Assembly (NCBI GenBank): GCA_964600575.1
Contig: CAZRJH010000003.1
Location: forward strand, 81,640-145,639
From: an uncultured Gammaproteobacteria bacterium
Lineage (GTDB): Bacteria; Patescibacteriota; Microgenomatia; UBA8517
Length of the DNA: 64,000 bases
Direction of reading: 5' to 3'
Part shown: positions 37,316 to 47,815 of the stretch, piece after piece
Layout: each line of letters begins with the position of its first letter
Position numbering within the stretch: the stretch's first letter is position 1
Made by a program: the position numbers and the translations under genes
Notes under the pieces: generated by a model
The model's input: only the letters and a program-made list of their open reading frames with translations
Told to the model about the DNA's origin: nothing
Databases searched by the model: none

Positions 37316-38976
37316 AAAAAATAGTTAATATTCTGTTCGCTTCCGGTTTCTTTTTGTTCTTGTTTGCCTTGATTTTGTCATTGGTGACCTATAAATTTTC
37401 GGGGAATAAATATCTGTCCTTTTCGGACTCGGCAAAGTTCGCAGATGTTGCTAGAAGTATAAGCACAGGGGAGGGGTACTATTCAAATTTTAAATTTTTC
37501 AGCTGGTTGTCGTTGTCCGATTTAAAAAATGATATTTCCGACGCCTCGGGGATATTGCCTTTGTATCCTTTGGTTTTGTCTGTCTTCTTCAGGTTTGCCG
37601 GTGTCTCTGATTTCGTAGTAATGACATGCTCGGCTATTTTCTTTGGATTTACGGTTTGGATAACTTATCATCTTGCCCTAAAGATGTTTGGCAAGACGGT
37701 CGGAATTTTCTCCGCTCTTGCAGTAGCTGTTGATAAAAGCATGCTTTATTATTCAACAAGCGGTGCATCGGAAACTCTTTTTATATTTCTAATACTTTTA
37801 ACACTCTACTTTTTCGGTAACGAAAGCCGGCACGGCAGGTACTTAGGCTTTTTGGGTTTGATTTTTTTGTATTTTACTAAGTTTCAGTCGTTGATATACA
37901 TATTTCCGCTAATCATTTTTTATTGCCTAAATAAATTTGAGATTAAAAAAGCGTTAGTTGTTTTTCTTGGAATGGTTATTTTACTTTTTACTTTGGATAA
38001 GATTTATTTTAGTTTTGTAAAGACTCCACTTTTTCTATATTCAATCAGTACACAGACCAAGAGTGCTGTTTTAAATTACACCTCCGGTTCCGGATCAGCG
38101 TCGGGTTTTTTGCGAGGTGTACAAACAAGTTTGGATTTGACAGAAGTATTCAAGAAAGTGTTTTACAATCTTTATAATTTTTATAAATTATTACCCGACA
38201 TTCTCAATCCCTATATATTTTCATTTTTCCTTGTAGGGTTGTTCGTTTTTAAAGGAGGTGGCAGGACTTTTATCTTTAAGCTAACAGCATTTTTTATGGT
38301 CTCACTCACTTTTCTGGTAGCCGCCTCAAGTATACCTTTCTTTAGATATATCCACCCTATTATACCCTTGGTCTACATTATTGGAGTTGCTACTTTAAAC
38401 GACTTTGTAAGTTTAATTAATTTTCCTTTGGGTGGAAAGTTTATAAAGCAAAACAAACCAACACAAGATTTATACAGGTTGTTTTTGTTATCAATACTAC
38501 TGGCTTACTTTGCTCTTGGCCAGACAGTAGGCTCGATATTTTTAGACACCAGATTTGCCAAAGGGGTCTACAATTTTGATAAGCCCCCGGTTTATGTTCA
38601 ACTCTCAAACGTTTTGAAAGAAAAATTAAAAAAGGATGACATTGTAATAACCAATCTTGATACCTGGGGCAGCTGGTACGGTAAAACCAAAACTGTTTGG
38701 TATCCTTACTACCCAAAAATGCTTATTGATAGGCAAACTAACACAATCCCATTTGATGCGATATATTTGACTAGTTATAAGATGAATGATGAAAATTACT
38801 ATATGGCGGAGGAGTGGAGACAAATATTTAACAACCCGGATGATAAAAGTAAATGGACTTGTGAAGGTTGCGACATTATTGCTAAAGAATTTGAGATAAA
38901 AGGTAAATATTTATTCGAAGGCAACTCAAATTACGAGAATGAGGTGGCAAGATCTTTGCTTCTTGTGAGAAAATAA
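37312..38976 (+). CDS. GT-C membrane glycosyltransferase (ArnT/PMT-like)
   Basis: SDSAKFADVAR, PLYP, ASETLF, FRYIHP; multi-TM plus a soluble C-terminal domain. Confidence 0.8.
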   Translation: MKKIVNILFASGFFLFLFALILSLVTYKFSGNKYLSFSDSAKFADVARSISTGEGYYSNFKFFSWLSLSDLKNDISDASGILPLYPLVLSVFFRFAGVSDFVVMTCSAIFFGFTVWITYHLALKMFGKTVGIFSALAVAVDKSMLYYSTSGASETLFIFLILLTLYFFGNESRHGRYLGFLGLIFLYFTKFQSLIYIFPLIIFYCLNKFEIKKALVVFLGMVILLFTLDKIYFSFVKTPLFLYSISTQTKSAVLNYTSGSGSASGFLRGVQTSLDLTEVFKKVFYNLYNFYKLLPDILNPYIFSFFLVGLFVFKGGGRTFIFKLTAFFMVSLTFLVAASSIPFFRYIHPIIPLVYIIGVATLNDFVSLINFPLGGKFIKQNKPTQDLYRLFLLSILLAYFALGQTVGSIFLDTRFAKGVYNFDKPPVYVQLSNVLKEKLKKDDIVITNLDTWGSWYGKTKTVWYPYYPKMLIDRQTNTIPFDAIYLTSYKMNDENYYMAEEWRQIFNNPDDKSKWTCEGCDIIAKEFEIKGKYLFEGNSNYENEVARSLLLVRK

Positions 38977-38981
38977 AATGG

Positions 38982-41069
38982 ATGAAAGTTGTAATAATCC
39001 AAAGCCTACTTTCCCCGTATAGGTATCCGCTTTTCGATGTTCTTTCTTATGTTTACGATCTTAGCGTTTGGTTTATGGGACGTCGTGTTAAGAATAGGGT
39101 GTGGAATATTTCAGATATAAAATACCACCTTTTTAAATATAGGTTTTTATCGGGGGTTACTTTGAATATTGGTATTGAAGATAATTATCCGTTTTGGATA
39201 AATCTCACAACTCCAATAGAGATTTACAAAACAAAGCCGCAAGTTGTAGTAATTTTTGGATGGGACTCTCTAACCTCGTTTTTAGTTGTTTACTTTAGGT
39301 TCATGTACCCCTCAACAAAAATCATAATTTTTTCTGAAAGTACAAAGTACGAACTAAGTTGGAGAAGAGATATAACTAAGCCGTTGGTAAGAAGTATGTT
39401 AAGTAGGGTTGATTTTTGTCTAGCGGCAGGAGATAGAGCATCTTCCTATCTGGAAACATTGGGAGTTGCGGGTAATAAAATTGCAATTGCCCCAACAACA
39501 AACGATGTTGATAAGTATGTTTACCTTACAGACAAATACAAAAAGCAAAGGGAAGCGCTTAGGAATGCGATGGGGTACAACGAAAACGATGTCGTTGTTA
39601 TGTTTTATGGACAGTTAATAAAACGAAAAGGCGTCGATCTTCTTGTGGAAGCCTATTCTCGATTGACCCAAACATGCGGCTACTTAAAGTTGCTTATAAT
39701 AGGCGACGGAAAATTATTACCCGACTTAATAAAAAAAGTATCCGACCTCAATTTATCCGATGTGACAATTCTTCCAAACCCGGGAGATCATGCCATTTGT
39801 AAGTATTATGCATCTGCAGATATATTTGTTTTACCTTCCAGGAATGACACTTGGGGGTTAGTGGTCAACGAAGCTATGTGTTCTGGTTTGCCTGTTATTG
39901 TTTCTGACAAAGTGGGTTCCGGAAGCGAGTTGGTTAAAGAGGGTGAAAATGGTTTTGTTTTTAAGTCTGATGATGTTGACGATTTGGTTAGAGTAGTTAA
40001 TAAATTAGCGGAAGACGAAGGATTGCGTCGTAAATTTGGAAAAGCCTCCTCAAAAATAATTCAAAACTTTAGACCGGAAAACACACTCAAAGGGTATGTA
40101 GAGGCGATAGGTAGGACTATAGATTTGGCTTTGGGTCCTTCCACTTACAGAAATATAAAATTTTTAAAAGATAAAAAAGCAGATTTTGCTTCCGTAATAA
40201 TTCCCGTATTTAATGACCCGGCGGGGCTTGAAGCTACGTTAAGTTCTTTGTTTGTAAGTGGTGTTGAAAAGAGGGCGGAGATAATTGTGGCTAACGATGG
40301 TGGCTATGAAACGGTTTCGAATGTTTGCGGCAAATACAAAGTTTTTGAAGTAAAAACCAAATACCGAAAAGGGTCTTATAACGCCAGAAATTTGGCAGTT
40401 TCATCTTCCTGTGGTGAAAAAATACTATTTGTAGATGCCGGAACGGCGGTTGGAAAAAATTGGTTTGACGCCGCGGTTTCAACTTTGAAAGACTGTGATT
40501 ACGTTGGAGGACCAATTAATGTAACTGGTGGTGGGGGTTTTTTGAATGTGTTCGAAAGAGAAAGAGAATTTCCTGTAAGAGAGTTTATGGAAGACATGAA
40601 CTTTGCGCCTACTACTAACCTTGGAATCACAAGGCAACTTATAGAAACAGTAGGGGGGTTTGATGCCAGGCTCGAATCTTCGGGGGACTATGAGTTTGGA
40701 AACAGGGTATTTTTGAAGGCTGGTTATACCCAAATTTTTAACGAAAAAATGGTAGTTTATCATCACCCGCGAAACTTCAAAGATATGTTAATAAAACAAA
40801 AAAGACTTGCAAAAGGTTTTGTAGATCTTGGGCGGTATTATCCGGATCGCTTTGTCGGTATAAAAAAAAGTTTGATTGTTTCGTTAATAAAGGCGGTAAT
40901 CCCGCCTTTCTGGCTTTTTTTTAAGAATTCTTGGAGAAAGTTAAGTTTTTCGGATAAGATTCCTGTTTTTCTGTTTAGTTATATATTTTCGTTCATCCAG
41001 CACGTGTTTTTTGCGGGATACATATTTAAATCGATTATTAAACCCCGTGTGAAAGTTCACGCTCAGTGA
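38982..41069 (+). CDS. Bifunctional GT4-GT2 glycosyltransferase fusion
   Basis: N-terminal: GQLIKRKG, PSRNDTWGLVVNEAM. C-terminal: SVIIPVFN, GSYNARN, FVDA, GGFD, SGDYEF. Confidence 0.87.
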   Translation: MKVVIIQSLLSPYRYPLFDVLSYVYDLSVWFMGRRVKNRVWNISDIKYHLFKYRFLSGVTLNIGIEDNYPFWINLTTPIEIYKTKPQVVVIFGWDSLTSFLVVYFRFMYPSTKIIIFSESTKYELSWRRDITKPLVRSMLSRVDFCLAAGDRASSYLETLGVAGNKIAIAPTTNDVDKYVYLTDKYKKQREALRNAMGYNENDVVVMFYGQLIKRKGVDLLVEAYSRLTQTCGYLKLLIIGDGKLLPDLIKKVSDLNLSDVTILPNPGDHAICKYYASADIFVLPSRNDTWGLVVNEAMCSGLPVIVSDKVGSGSELVKEGENGFVFKSDDVDDLVRVVNKLAEDEGLRRKFGKASSKIIQNFRPENTLKGYVEAIGRTIDLALGPSTYRNIKFLKDKKADFASVIIPVFNDPAGLEATLSSLFVSGVEKRAEIIVANDGGYETVSNVCGKYKVFEVKTKYRKGSYNARNLAVSSSCGEKILFVDAGTAVGKNWFDAAVSTLKDCDYVGGPINVTGGGGFLNVFEREREFPVREFMEDMNFAPTTNLGITRQLIETVGGFDARLESSGDYEFGNRVFLKAGYTQIFNEKMVVYHHPRNFKDMLIKQKRLAKGFVDLGRYYPDRFVGIKKSLIVSLIKAVIPPFWLFFKNSWRKLSFSDKIPVFLFSYIFSFIQHVFFAGYIFKSIIKPRVKVHAQ

Positions 41070-42024
41070 TTTTGTCGTATATTAGGTTGGGATAAAACAA
41101 TGCGGTTAGTCCCCCAATGCCTATGATAAATACATTGATCAGCCCGATTAGCATTCCCGGGAGGACATGTTTAATGTTGGTATATTTTTCCGACATTAAA
41201 ATTAAACCGTTAGTAAACATTCTAAAAATTTTCCAGGGTATTAAAAAGAGTAAGTTGGCAAATCTTCTTAAAAAGGACCTCGACTCATAGATCGCCATAT
41301 TTTGTGTCACACCAAAATCTGCCATCCTAACAAAGTCGGCGCCATAGGCAAGCATTCTGAACAACCAATCGGTCAAGTTGCCGGGAGGTGCGTGATAACC
41401 TCTGGTATGTGGAGATCTTACAATCTCAAATCCGGAGTGTTTAAGAATCTTTTCCCATAGAGGTATTTTGTTTCTATAAAGGGCAACATCTTTTGGAATC
41501 GGGTATTTCAAAAGATCAGACCTATAAATTGCGAAGTTGTTTAATGGAAAATAATATGTTGGTACAGGGCTGGTGACCTTATCCGATAGAAGTTGAACCA
41601 TCCAGGTCATGTTTAGTGATGCTTTATAAGCCGAGTTGGTTTCGAGTCTGGTGTCACCTGAAACTATTAACTTTTCTTTAGTCTTTTCAAACGGTTTTAG
41701 GATGTTTTCCAACCATTCTTTTTGGTATCTCATGTCTGAGTCTGCAAAAACAACGATGTCGCTTTTTGCAATCTCGGCACCTAACATTTTTGACCCTGTG
41801 TAATCTATGTTTTTGTCAGTTTTTGAAATTTTGATAAAAGGATATTTACCTTTAAGATATTCTTGGACTTCTGTAGAAACATGACTGGCTACAATAAGAT
41901 AAACACCTTCTGATTCTTTGATCGGTAATGTTTGTTTCTCAATAGAGTCTAAGCTGGCTTCAAGATCCTCGAGATCTGCCATACCTAGATTTTCGGTTTC
42001 CAAAACTATACAAAAGTTGCGCAT
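41038..42024 (-). CDS. GT2 glycosyltransferase (divergent) with a C-terminal hydrophobic segment
   Basis: VVFADSD (DxD), WLENI, NNFAI; the N-terminal motif CIVLETEN is degenerate. Confidence 0.75.
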   Translation of the reverse strand: MRNFCIVLETENLGMADLEDLEASLDSIEKQTLPIKESEGVYLIVASHVSTEVQEYLKGKYPFIKISKTDKNIDYTGSKMLGAEIAKSDIVVFADSDMRYQKEWLENILKPFEKTKEKLIVSGDTRLETNSAYKASLNMTWMVQLLSDKVTSPVPTYYFPLNNFAIYRSDLLKYPIPKDVALYRNKIPLWEKILKHSGFEIVRSPHTRGYHAPPGNLTDWLFRMLAYGADFVRMADFGVTQNMAIYESRSFLRRFANLLFLIPWKIFRMFTNGLILMSEKYTNIKHVLPGMLIGLINVFIIGIGGLTALFYPNLIYDKITERELSHGV

Positions 42025-42064
42025 CTAAATAATGATATTACACATTAAATAATGTTCAAGGACC

Positions 42065-42868
42065 ATGCTTGCAGGCAAAACATTTGATGATAAAATGCCA
42101 AATGGATTGGGGGCCACTATGGTTTTGTCAGAAGCAGAACTTATAAAAAATTTAAAAATAAGAAAAAAAGACAAGGTGTTGGATTTGGGCGGAAGCATGA
42201 AACAGCACAAATTGATTGAGGTAGACACATTGGCGGATATTATTCGTCCCGAAGAAGCTCCCTATGGAAAATCAAAGCTTCTTGCTAAAAAATTTGTTAA
42301 AGTCGACTTTACTAAAAATAAACTACCCTTCAGAGACAAGCAGTTTGATGTTGTTTTGTGCACACATGTTCTTGAGGATCTTCCCTCGCCGTTTTTGTTG
42401 TTGTCCGAAATGGAAAGAGTTGCAAAGAGGGGATTTATAGCTACGCCGGAGATGGGAAGGGATTTGGTTTTTTCCCATTTTAATTTGACAGATTGGGGAA
42501 CCGGTTCAAGGCGCGTACCTGGATGGTCACATCATAAGTGGTTGTTTTATTCACCAAACAGTAGAAAACACAAAAACTCCTTTGTAATTTTACCGAAAAA
42601 TTATGGAGTATTATATTCTTCAATGTTCCATTTTGTTAATTGGAGCGGAAACGAGGAATTTAGATATTATTGGAAGAAAAAAATAAATTTTAGAGTTGTT
42701 GACGATTTAGATTTACATAAATTAATAACGGAATACAAAAAATATGTGTCAAAAAACAAAAAAATGCTGACAAAGGGCGCCCCGCTTGTCTATTTGGATA
42801 GCCCTTTTTATATACTAAAGGAATTGATTAAAAAAATATTCAAAAGAGGAAAAAGTTTTAACAGATAG
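42065..42868 (+). CDS. Methyltransferase type 11-like protein
   Basis: VLDLGG, LPFRDKQFDVVLCTHVLED, EMERVAKRG-x-IATP. Confidence 0.8.
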   Translation: MLAGKTFDDKMPNGLGATMVLSEAELIKNLKIRKKDKVLDLGGSMKQHKLIEVDTLADIIRPEEAPYGKSKLLAKKFVKVDFTKNKLPFRDKQFDVVLCTHVLEDLPSPFLLLSEMERVAKRGFIATPEMGRDLVFSHFNLTDWGTGSRRVPGWSHHKWLFYSPNSRKHKNSFVILPKNYGVLYSSMFHFVNWSGNEEFRYYWKKKINFRVVDDLDLHKLITEYKKYVSKNKKMLTKGAPLVYLDSPFYILKELIKKIFKRGKSFNR

Positions 42869-42934
42869 GGTTCCCATATATCTGTAAAACTTATTGAAGG
42901 TTCTGTTGGAATACACATACCGTTATATTTAAGT

Positions 42935-42940
42935 TAAAAT
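42935..42940 (+). promoter_or_regulatory. Putative -10 element (leaderless-type)
   Basis: TAAAAT followed by 6 nt and then an in-frame GTG at 42947. Confidence 0.45.
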
Positions 42941-42946
42941 TTGATT

Positions 42947-44236
42947 GTGAGAAAATATTACAACAAGGCCAAGAGTCTTCTTGTGTCTTCAACTGCAAAA
43001 GATACATACATATCGTTTATCGGAAGTTTGTTTTCAGCATTTTGGGGTTTTGTGTTTACTTTAATTATCGCCAGACAGCTAAGCGTTTCCGATTTCGGTA
43101 TTTTTTCTGCCGTTTTGAATCTTGTTGTAATACTGTCATCACTCGCGGATGTTGGTATATCAACAGGCTCAATTAAATTTGTTGCAGAAAATTTTGCTAG
43201 AGGAGATGTCAAAAAAGCTGACACTTATACCAAGGCCTCATATGTTGTAAGGGTATGGATAGTCTTAGCCCTTGCCTTGTTGGTTATTCTTTTTTCGGGT
43301 CATGTTTCAAAATTTCTACTCGCGACCTCCGACTCGTATGCGGCAATTTGGGCGGCGGTTCTGTCTGTATTTATATTTCCTGTAATGTTTTTTCCAAACA
43401 TACTTCAGGCAAAAAGACAATTTTTGGAGTCTGTTGTACTGGATAATTCGTTTTACATTGGAAGGCTCTTGTTGGCGTTGGTTTTTTTGTTTTTTGGTGT
43501 TTTGAATATGCAAAACACATATCTCACTTTCGGTTTTGGTTTTTTGATTTCACTTCTTTTAACATACAAATATATAGGTAAAGATTTTTTGTACACACAA
43601 CCTTCAGGTGAGAATTACAAGTCTTTGATGAACTTTTCTTGGTGGATTGCTGTGAATAGAGTAATATCGTCAATATCCGGAAGGTTGGATATTCAGATGT
43701 TAGCCGCCATGGCAGGAGCCACGGCAACAGGTCTCTATTCTATACCGTCAAGATTGGCCTCGTTTGTAATAGTGCTGGCCGGTAGCTACTCCTCAGTCTT
43801 GGCTCCAAGAATGTCCTCGTTTGACAACAAACAAAAAGAATGGTCGTACGTCCTCAAGTCAACCTTGGCGCTGATCCCAATATCTCTTGGTATTGTTTTG
43901 TGGGCAGTGTTTGCAAAGGAATTCACACTTTTGTTGTTTGGTGAAAAGTACGTTAGCTCGGCGCCAATTTTAAAAACGCTCCTTATTGCCCAGATACCAT
44001 TTTTATTTACAGTTCCTCCGGTTACTGCCATTGTCTACTCAATGAAAAAGACGGTTTATATCGGGATGTTCTCTTTTTTCCAAATAGCCGCAATTTTTCT
44101 TTTGAATTTTTTGTTTATACCCAAATATGGCCCAATCGGACCGACGTTTACCTTTGGTGTAGTAAACATGATCTTAGCCATATATACTTGGGCCATAACC
44201 GCACGATATTATGCAAAGGAGTTACATAGTTTTTAG
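42947..44236 (+). CDS. wzx: Wzx/MOP-family oligosaccharide flippase
   Basis: IIARQLSVSDFGIF, DVGI, RLDIQML...TGLYS, LLFGEKY, LNFLFIPKYGPIG; about 12 TM segments. TTG 42941 is an alternative start. Confidence 0.85.
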   Translation: MRKYYNKAKSLLVSSTAKDTYISFIGSLFSAFWGFVFTLIIARQLSVSDFGIFSAVLNLVVILSSLADVGISTGSIKFVAENFARGDVKKADTYTKASYVVRVWIVLALALLVILFSGHVSKFLLATSDSYAAIWAAVLSVFIFPVMFFPNILQAKRQFLESVVLDNSFYIGRLLLALVFLFFGVLNMQNTYLTFGFGFLISLLLTYKYIGKDFLYTQPSGENYKSLMNFSWWIAVNRVISSISGRLDIQMLAAMAGATATGLYSIPSRLASFVIVLAGSYSSVLAPRMSSFDNKQKEWSYVLKSTLALIPISLGIVLWAVFAKEFTLLLFGEKYVSSAPILKTLLIAQIPFLFTVPPVTAIVYSMKKTVYIGMFSFFQIAAIFLLNFLFIPKYGPIGPTFTFGVVNMILAIYTWAITARYYAKELHSF

Positions 44237-44311
44237 AATTTATTTTGAATAAGCGAAAACTAATAATTCTGATTTTGCAAAAACCCCGTAGTTGAAACTT
44301 CTAAAAAAAGT

Positions 44312-44317
44312 TAAAAT
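44312..44317 (+). promoter_or_regulatory. Putative -10 element (leaderless-type)
   Basis: TAAAAT followed by 6 nt and then ATG 44324. Confidence 0.55.
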
Positions 44318-44323
44318 AAGTAA

Positions 44324-45160
44324 ATGAGAGTTTGGGGCCACACCTTGATAAAAAATGAAGGTAGATGGCTGTGGTTCTCCGTAACTTCTGTAATCGATTA
44401 TCTGGATAAACTGCTCATTTGGGATACCGGCAGCAGTGACGATACGGAGTTAATAATAAACAAACTTATCGATAAATATCCCCAAAAAATAAACTACAAA
44501 AAAAGGTTGTTAAAAAGTCCACAAGACTTCTCCAAAATTAGACAGGAAATGTTGGACGAAACCGACGCGGATTGGTTTGGGGTGATAGATGGTGATGAGA
44601 TATGGTGGAAAGACTCTATCTCCAAAGCTATTGAGTCAATTAATAAAAACAAAGATTTTGAGTCGATTGTTGTTCCAACTGTGAACTTGGTGGGAGATAT
44701 ATATCATTATCAAGAAAAACACTCCGGAAACTACAGGCTCGCAGGCAGGGTCGGTCACTATAATTTAAGGTTTATTAACAGGAAAATTCCGGGATTGTCT
44801 TCCTTTGGTGGTCATGGACAGTGGGGTTGGGTGGATGGTTACGGAAAAATGATTCAAGACAGGGACCCAAAAAAAATACTTTTTGTAGACGCACCTTATA
44901 TACATGCAACAAACATCCAACGATCTTCTGTTAACTCTGGGGACATGGAAGTTATTAAACGCAAAAACAAAATCAAGTATGACCTTGGCATAAACTTTCC
45001 TTTGGACTACTTCTATCCCGAGTCGTTATTTCAAGAAAGGCCTGATTTTATCGAAAGTCCATGGAGGACTAGAAATAGCAGCTTTGTTGCAAGAGCTGTT
45101 ATAGAAACCCCGCTTAAAAAAATCAAAAGAAGATATTGGTTTAAAAGAGTAGGATACTAA
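44324..45160 (+). CDS. GT2 glycosyltransferase
   Basis: IKNE, DTGSSDDT, RQEML, IDGDEIW. Confidence 0.82.
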   Translation: MRVWGHTLIKNEGRWLWFSVTSVIDYLDKLLIWDTGSSDDTELIINKLIDKYPQKINYKKRLLKSPQDFSKIRQEMLDETDADWFGVIDGDEIWWKDSISKAIESINKNKDFESIVVPTVNLVGDIYHYQEKHSGNYRLAGRVGHYNLRFINRKIPGLSSFGGHGQWGWVDGYGKMIQDRDPKKILFVDAPYIHATNIQRSSVNSGDMEVIKRKNKIKYDLGINFPLDYFYPESLFQERPDFIESPWRTRNSSFVARAVIETPLKKIKRRYWFKRVGY

Positions 45161-45163
45161 ACG

Positions 45164-46531
45164 ATGATAATAATTTCTGTACTGGCGTTGCACATAGTAG
45201 GGCTTATCAACTTAAAATTCACTGCTTGGCCCGAAATGCTTCTGTGGCCTTACCTTATGATTAAAGGTTGGCTTCCTTATCAGGATATTGCTATTGCTCA
45301 TACACCCAACTTAATCTTTGCACTTAAATATTTCATGGGCTTTTTTGGTGTCGGTATCTTACAACTTAAATTATTTACCTGGTTACTTATAATTTTGACG
45401 GATGTCATATTCTTTTTTGTAATAAGAAAACTTTTTATTTTAAGGGGTTTTTACGATAAGACTAAACCTAAAAACGACTTCAATAAAAAGGTAACAATAT
45501 CCCTGTTGGCCTTTATATTTTGGCAAATGTATTTTGATGGTAATGGTTTGTGGTTCGAAATAGCAGTTTTGCCTTTATCGATAATCCTTTTTTATTTGTT
45601 TTATAAAAAGAAATTTTTCTTAAGCGGATTGGTTTTTGCTTTTGCATTTTTTACAAAACAGACTGCTGTTTGGTTTTTGCTTCCTGTTATCTATCAAATC
45701 TTTTTCTTCGAAAAAAACAAAAAGGAAATATTGATAAAGTTTATTTTAGGTGTGGGATCCGTTTCTCTGATTTTACTATTGGCTTTTTGGATTGTTGGAA
45801 TTCTTCCCTCGTTTTATAGGTGGGCGATAAACTTTGGTATTTTTACGCTTCCTAGATCACAAGGACAAATTCAGTTTCCAGCACTCCGACCTCTGTTTGT
45901 AGCACTATTTCCGTTTTTGGTTTTTTTACCGGGACTTTTCAAAAAAGATAAAAAAATTATTAATCTTTTAGTTTGGGCTTTTGCAGGCGGGTTTGCTGCA
46001 TATCCAAGATTCGAGTTTTTCCACATTCAAACAGCAATTCCTTTTTTGGCGATCGCCACATCAATCTTTTTTGTTGATGCGGTAAAATTCCGATATCAAA
46101 ATTTGTTCAACGGTTTTTATTTAGCCGCCTGTTTACTTTTATTTTCCGGATTTTTTATAAGAAATATTTCCGAAGGGACCAGATTTTATGATACGGATGT
46201 AAAAGAGTTGCAGGAGTTTATAGTAAAAAACACAGTACAAGGTCAAAAGATATTTATAATGAATTACTGGGATAATTTGTATCCACTAACGGATACGTTA
46301 CCTGCAACTCGGCCTTGGATTCCCCAGCTGGGATGGTATGTTGAACAACCAGGGGTTCAAGAGAAAATGGTTGAAGAGCTAAAAAGAGAACAACCCGAAC
46401 TTGTAATATTAAATCCATACACCGAGTCCGGTCTTTCATCGTATGTTCCCAGAAAAATATACGATTTTGTAACAACAAACTATAAATTTAAACAAAAAAA
46501 AGCCGGGATGGACGTTCTAATATTGCGATGA
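45164..46531 (+). CDS. GT-C membrane glycosyltransferase
   Basis: AWPE, GWLPYQD-x3-HTP, TKQ, YPRFEFFH; multi-TM plus a soluble C-terminal domain. Confidence 0.75.
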   Translation: MIIISVLALHIVGLINLKFTAWPEMLLWPYLMIKGWLPYQDIAIAHTPNLIFALKYFMGFFGVGILQLKLFTWLLIILTDVIFFFVIRKLFILRGFYDKTKPKNDFNKKVTISLLAFIFWQMYFDGNGLWFEIAVLPLSIILFYLFYKKKFFLSGLVFAFAFFTKQTAVWFLLPVIYQIFFFEKNKKEILIKFILGVGSVSLILLLAFWIVGILPSFYRWAINFGIFTLPRSQGQIQFPALRPLFVALFPFLVFLPGLFKKDKKIINLLVWAFAGGFAAYPRFEFFHIQTAIPFLAIATSIFFVDAVKFRYQNLFNGFYLAACLLLFSGFFIRNISEGTRFYDTDVKELQEFIVKNTVQGQKIFIMNYWDNLYPLTDTLPATRPWIPQLGWYVEQPGVQEKMVEELKREQPELVILNPYTESGLSSYVPRKIYDFVTTNYKFKQKKAGMDVLILR

Positions 46532-47790
46532 AAAATTTATTTAGCAACAAGCTCCACCTGTTTATTTTTATAGCGATAACTATTCTTTCGATTTATTCAC
46601 ATTTTAAAAATTATACTAATTTAGTTAACTTCAACTTAGACCCGCCTACTCATCTAACCGATGCTAAAAATATAGTTGAGTCGGGAAAGATTAATCTTGT
46701 CGGCCCCATGATAACTAGCAAAGAAGTCTTTGGAAGAAAGATTTTTTTGGGTCCATTTTATTATTACCTCTTGCAAGCTGCAGGGATAGTTACAAGATGG
46801 GATGTCATTATGATAAGTGTTTTTTTTACAATGATTTGGCCAGTCACTTTAGCAATTTTGTTTTTTTGGATAAGCGGTTTATTTGGGCCTTTAATTGCCC
46901 TCCCGATTTACGCAATCAGTTCCTTTATTCCTGAATTTATTGTATTTTCCCGACAGATTTGGAATTTGCAGCTGATACCTTTGTTTTCACTTTTGTTTTT
47001 GATTTTTGTTTTTCGTAGAAAAAATATTTATGACTACTTTTGGGCCGGTTTATTTTGGGGGCTATCATTTAATGTTCACTATGCCTCAATACTTTTTTTG
47101 CCCATCGCCGTTTACTTTTTTGCAAAAGACATTAAATCTAAAAGCAACTTTGTTAACAATTGGGCAACGGTTGCTTTCGGTTTGGCTTTGGCGGAGTTAC
47201 CCCTGATCATTTTTGAACTAAGGCACAATTTTTACAATCTACAAACAATTATTTTTCAATTAAAATACGGGGAATTATCCGCAGGCTATAAATTCAATCT
47301 TTGGTATTATTATGTACTTCCACTCTTCCCGCTCGCTTTTTACTTGATTGCTTCAAAGCTTGGCAATGTGAGAAACAAGAAACACCTTAAATACTTTCTA
47401 TTGTTGACTTGGCTACTTGCCGGTTTACTTTTTGTTAGCTCGGTAAACAGTCCGGGCCAGAGGCCTTTGCACCCGCCAGGGTGGACAGTAAATAGACAAA
47501 AGGAAATTGCCGATATAATAGTAAGTGAGAAGGAGAGGAATTTTGAGGTAGCCCAGACTATAAGTTCGGATACAAGATCGATGGAGCTCAGATGGTGGCT
47601 TAGACAAAAGGGAGTATTGCCGATGAGTGTGGAAGACTATCCCAAGGCAAGTGTGTTGTATTTGGTTTCAACCAAAGATAGACCGCCGGAAACAGAAGGT
47701 GTGTGGGAGGTGTCTTCCATAAGGCCCTTTAAAGTGGTTTACGAGAAAGATTTTGGCGACGGGATCGTGTTTTACAAACTTAAAAAATAA
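46528..47790 (+). CDS. GT-C membrane glycosyltransferase (ArnT-like)
   Basis: FNLD, LVGP, GPFYYYL, FSRQIWN, PLIIFELRHNF. Confidence 0.75.
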   Translation: MKNLFSNKLHLFIFIAITILSIYSHFKNYTNLVNFNLDPPTHLTDAKNIVESGKINLVGPMITSKEVFGRKIFLGPFYYYLLQAAGIVTRWDVIMISVFFTMIWPVTLAILFFWISGLFGPLIALPIYAISSFIPEFIVFSRQIWNLQLIPLFSLLFLIFVFRRKNIYDYFWAGLFWGLSFNVHYASILFLPIAVYFFAKDIKSKSNFVNNWATVAFGLALAELPLIIFELRHNFYNLQTIIFQLKYGELSAGYKFNLWYYYVLPLFPLAFYLIASKLGNVRNKKHLKYFLLLTWLLAGLLFVSSVNSPGQRPLHPPGWTVNRQKEIADIIVSEKERNFEVAQTISSDTRSMELRWWLRQKGVLPMSVEDYPKASVLYLVSTKDRPPETEGVWEVSSIRPFKVVYEKDFGDGIVFYKLKK

Positions 47791-47815
47791 GAACTGTTTT
47801 TACAAGTCTAAAATT

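Noticed and set aside
42869-44323. ncRNA, riboswitch or JUMPstart/ops element in the two largest gaps (42869-42946 and 44237-44323)
   Set aside because: I saw no convincing structure or ops motif, only a short TTTTGCAAAA palindrome and -10 boxes.
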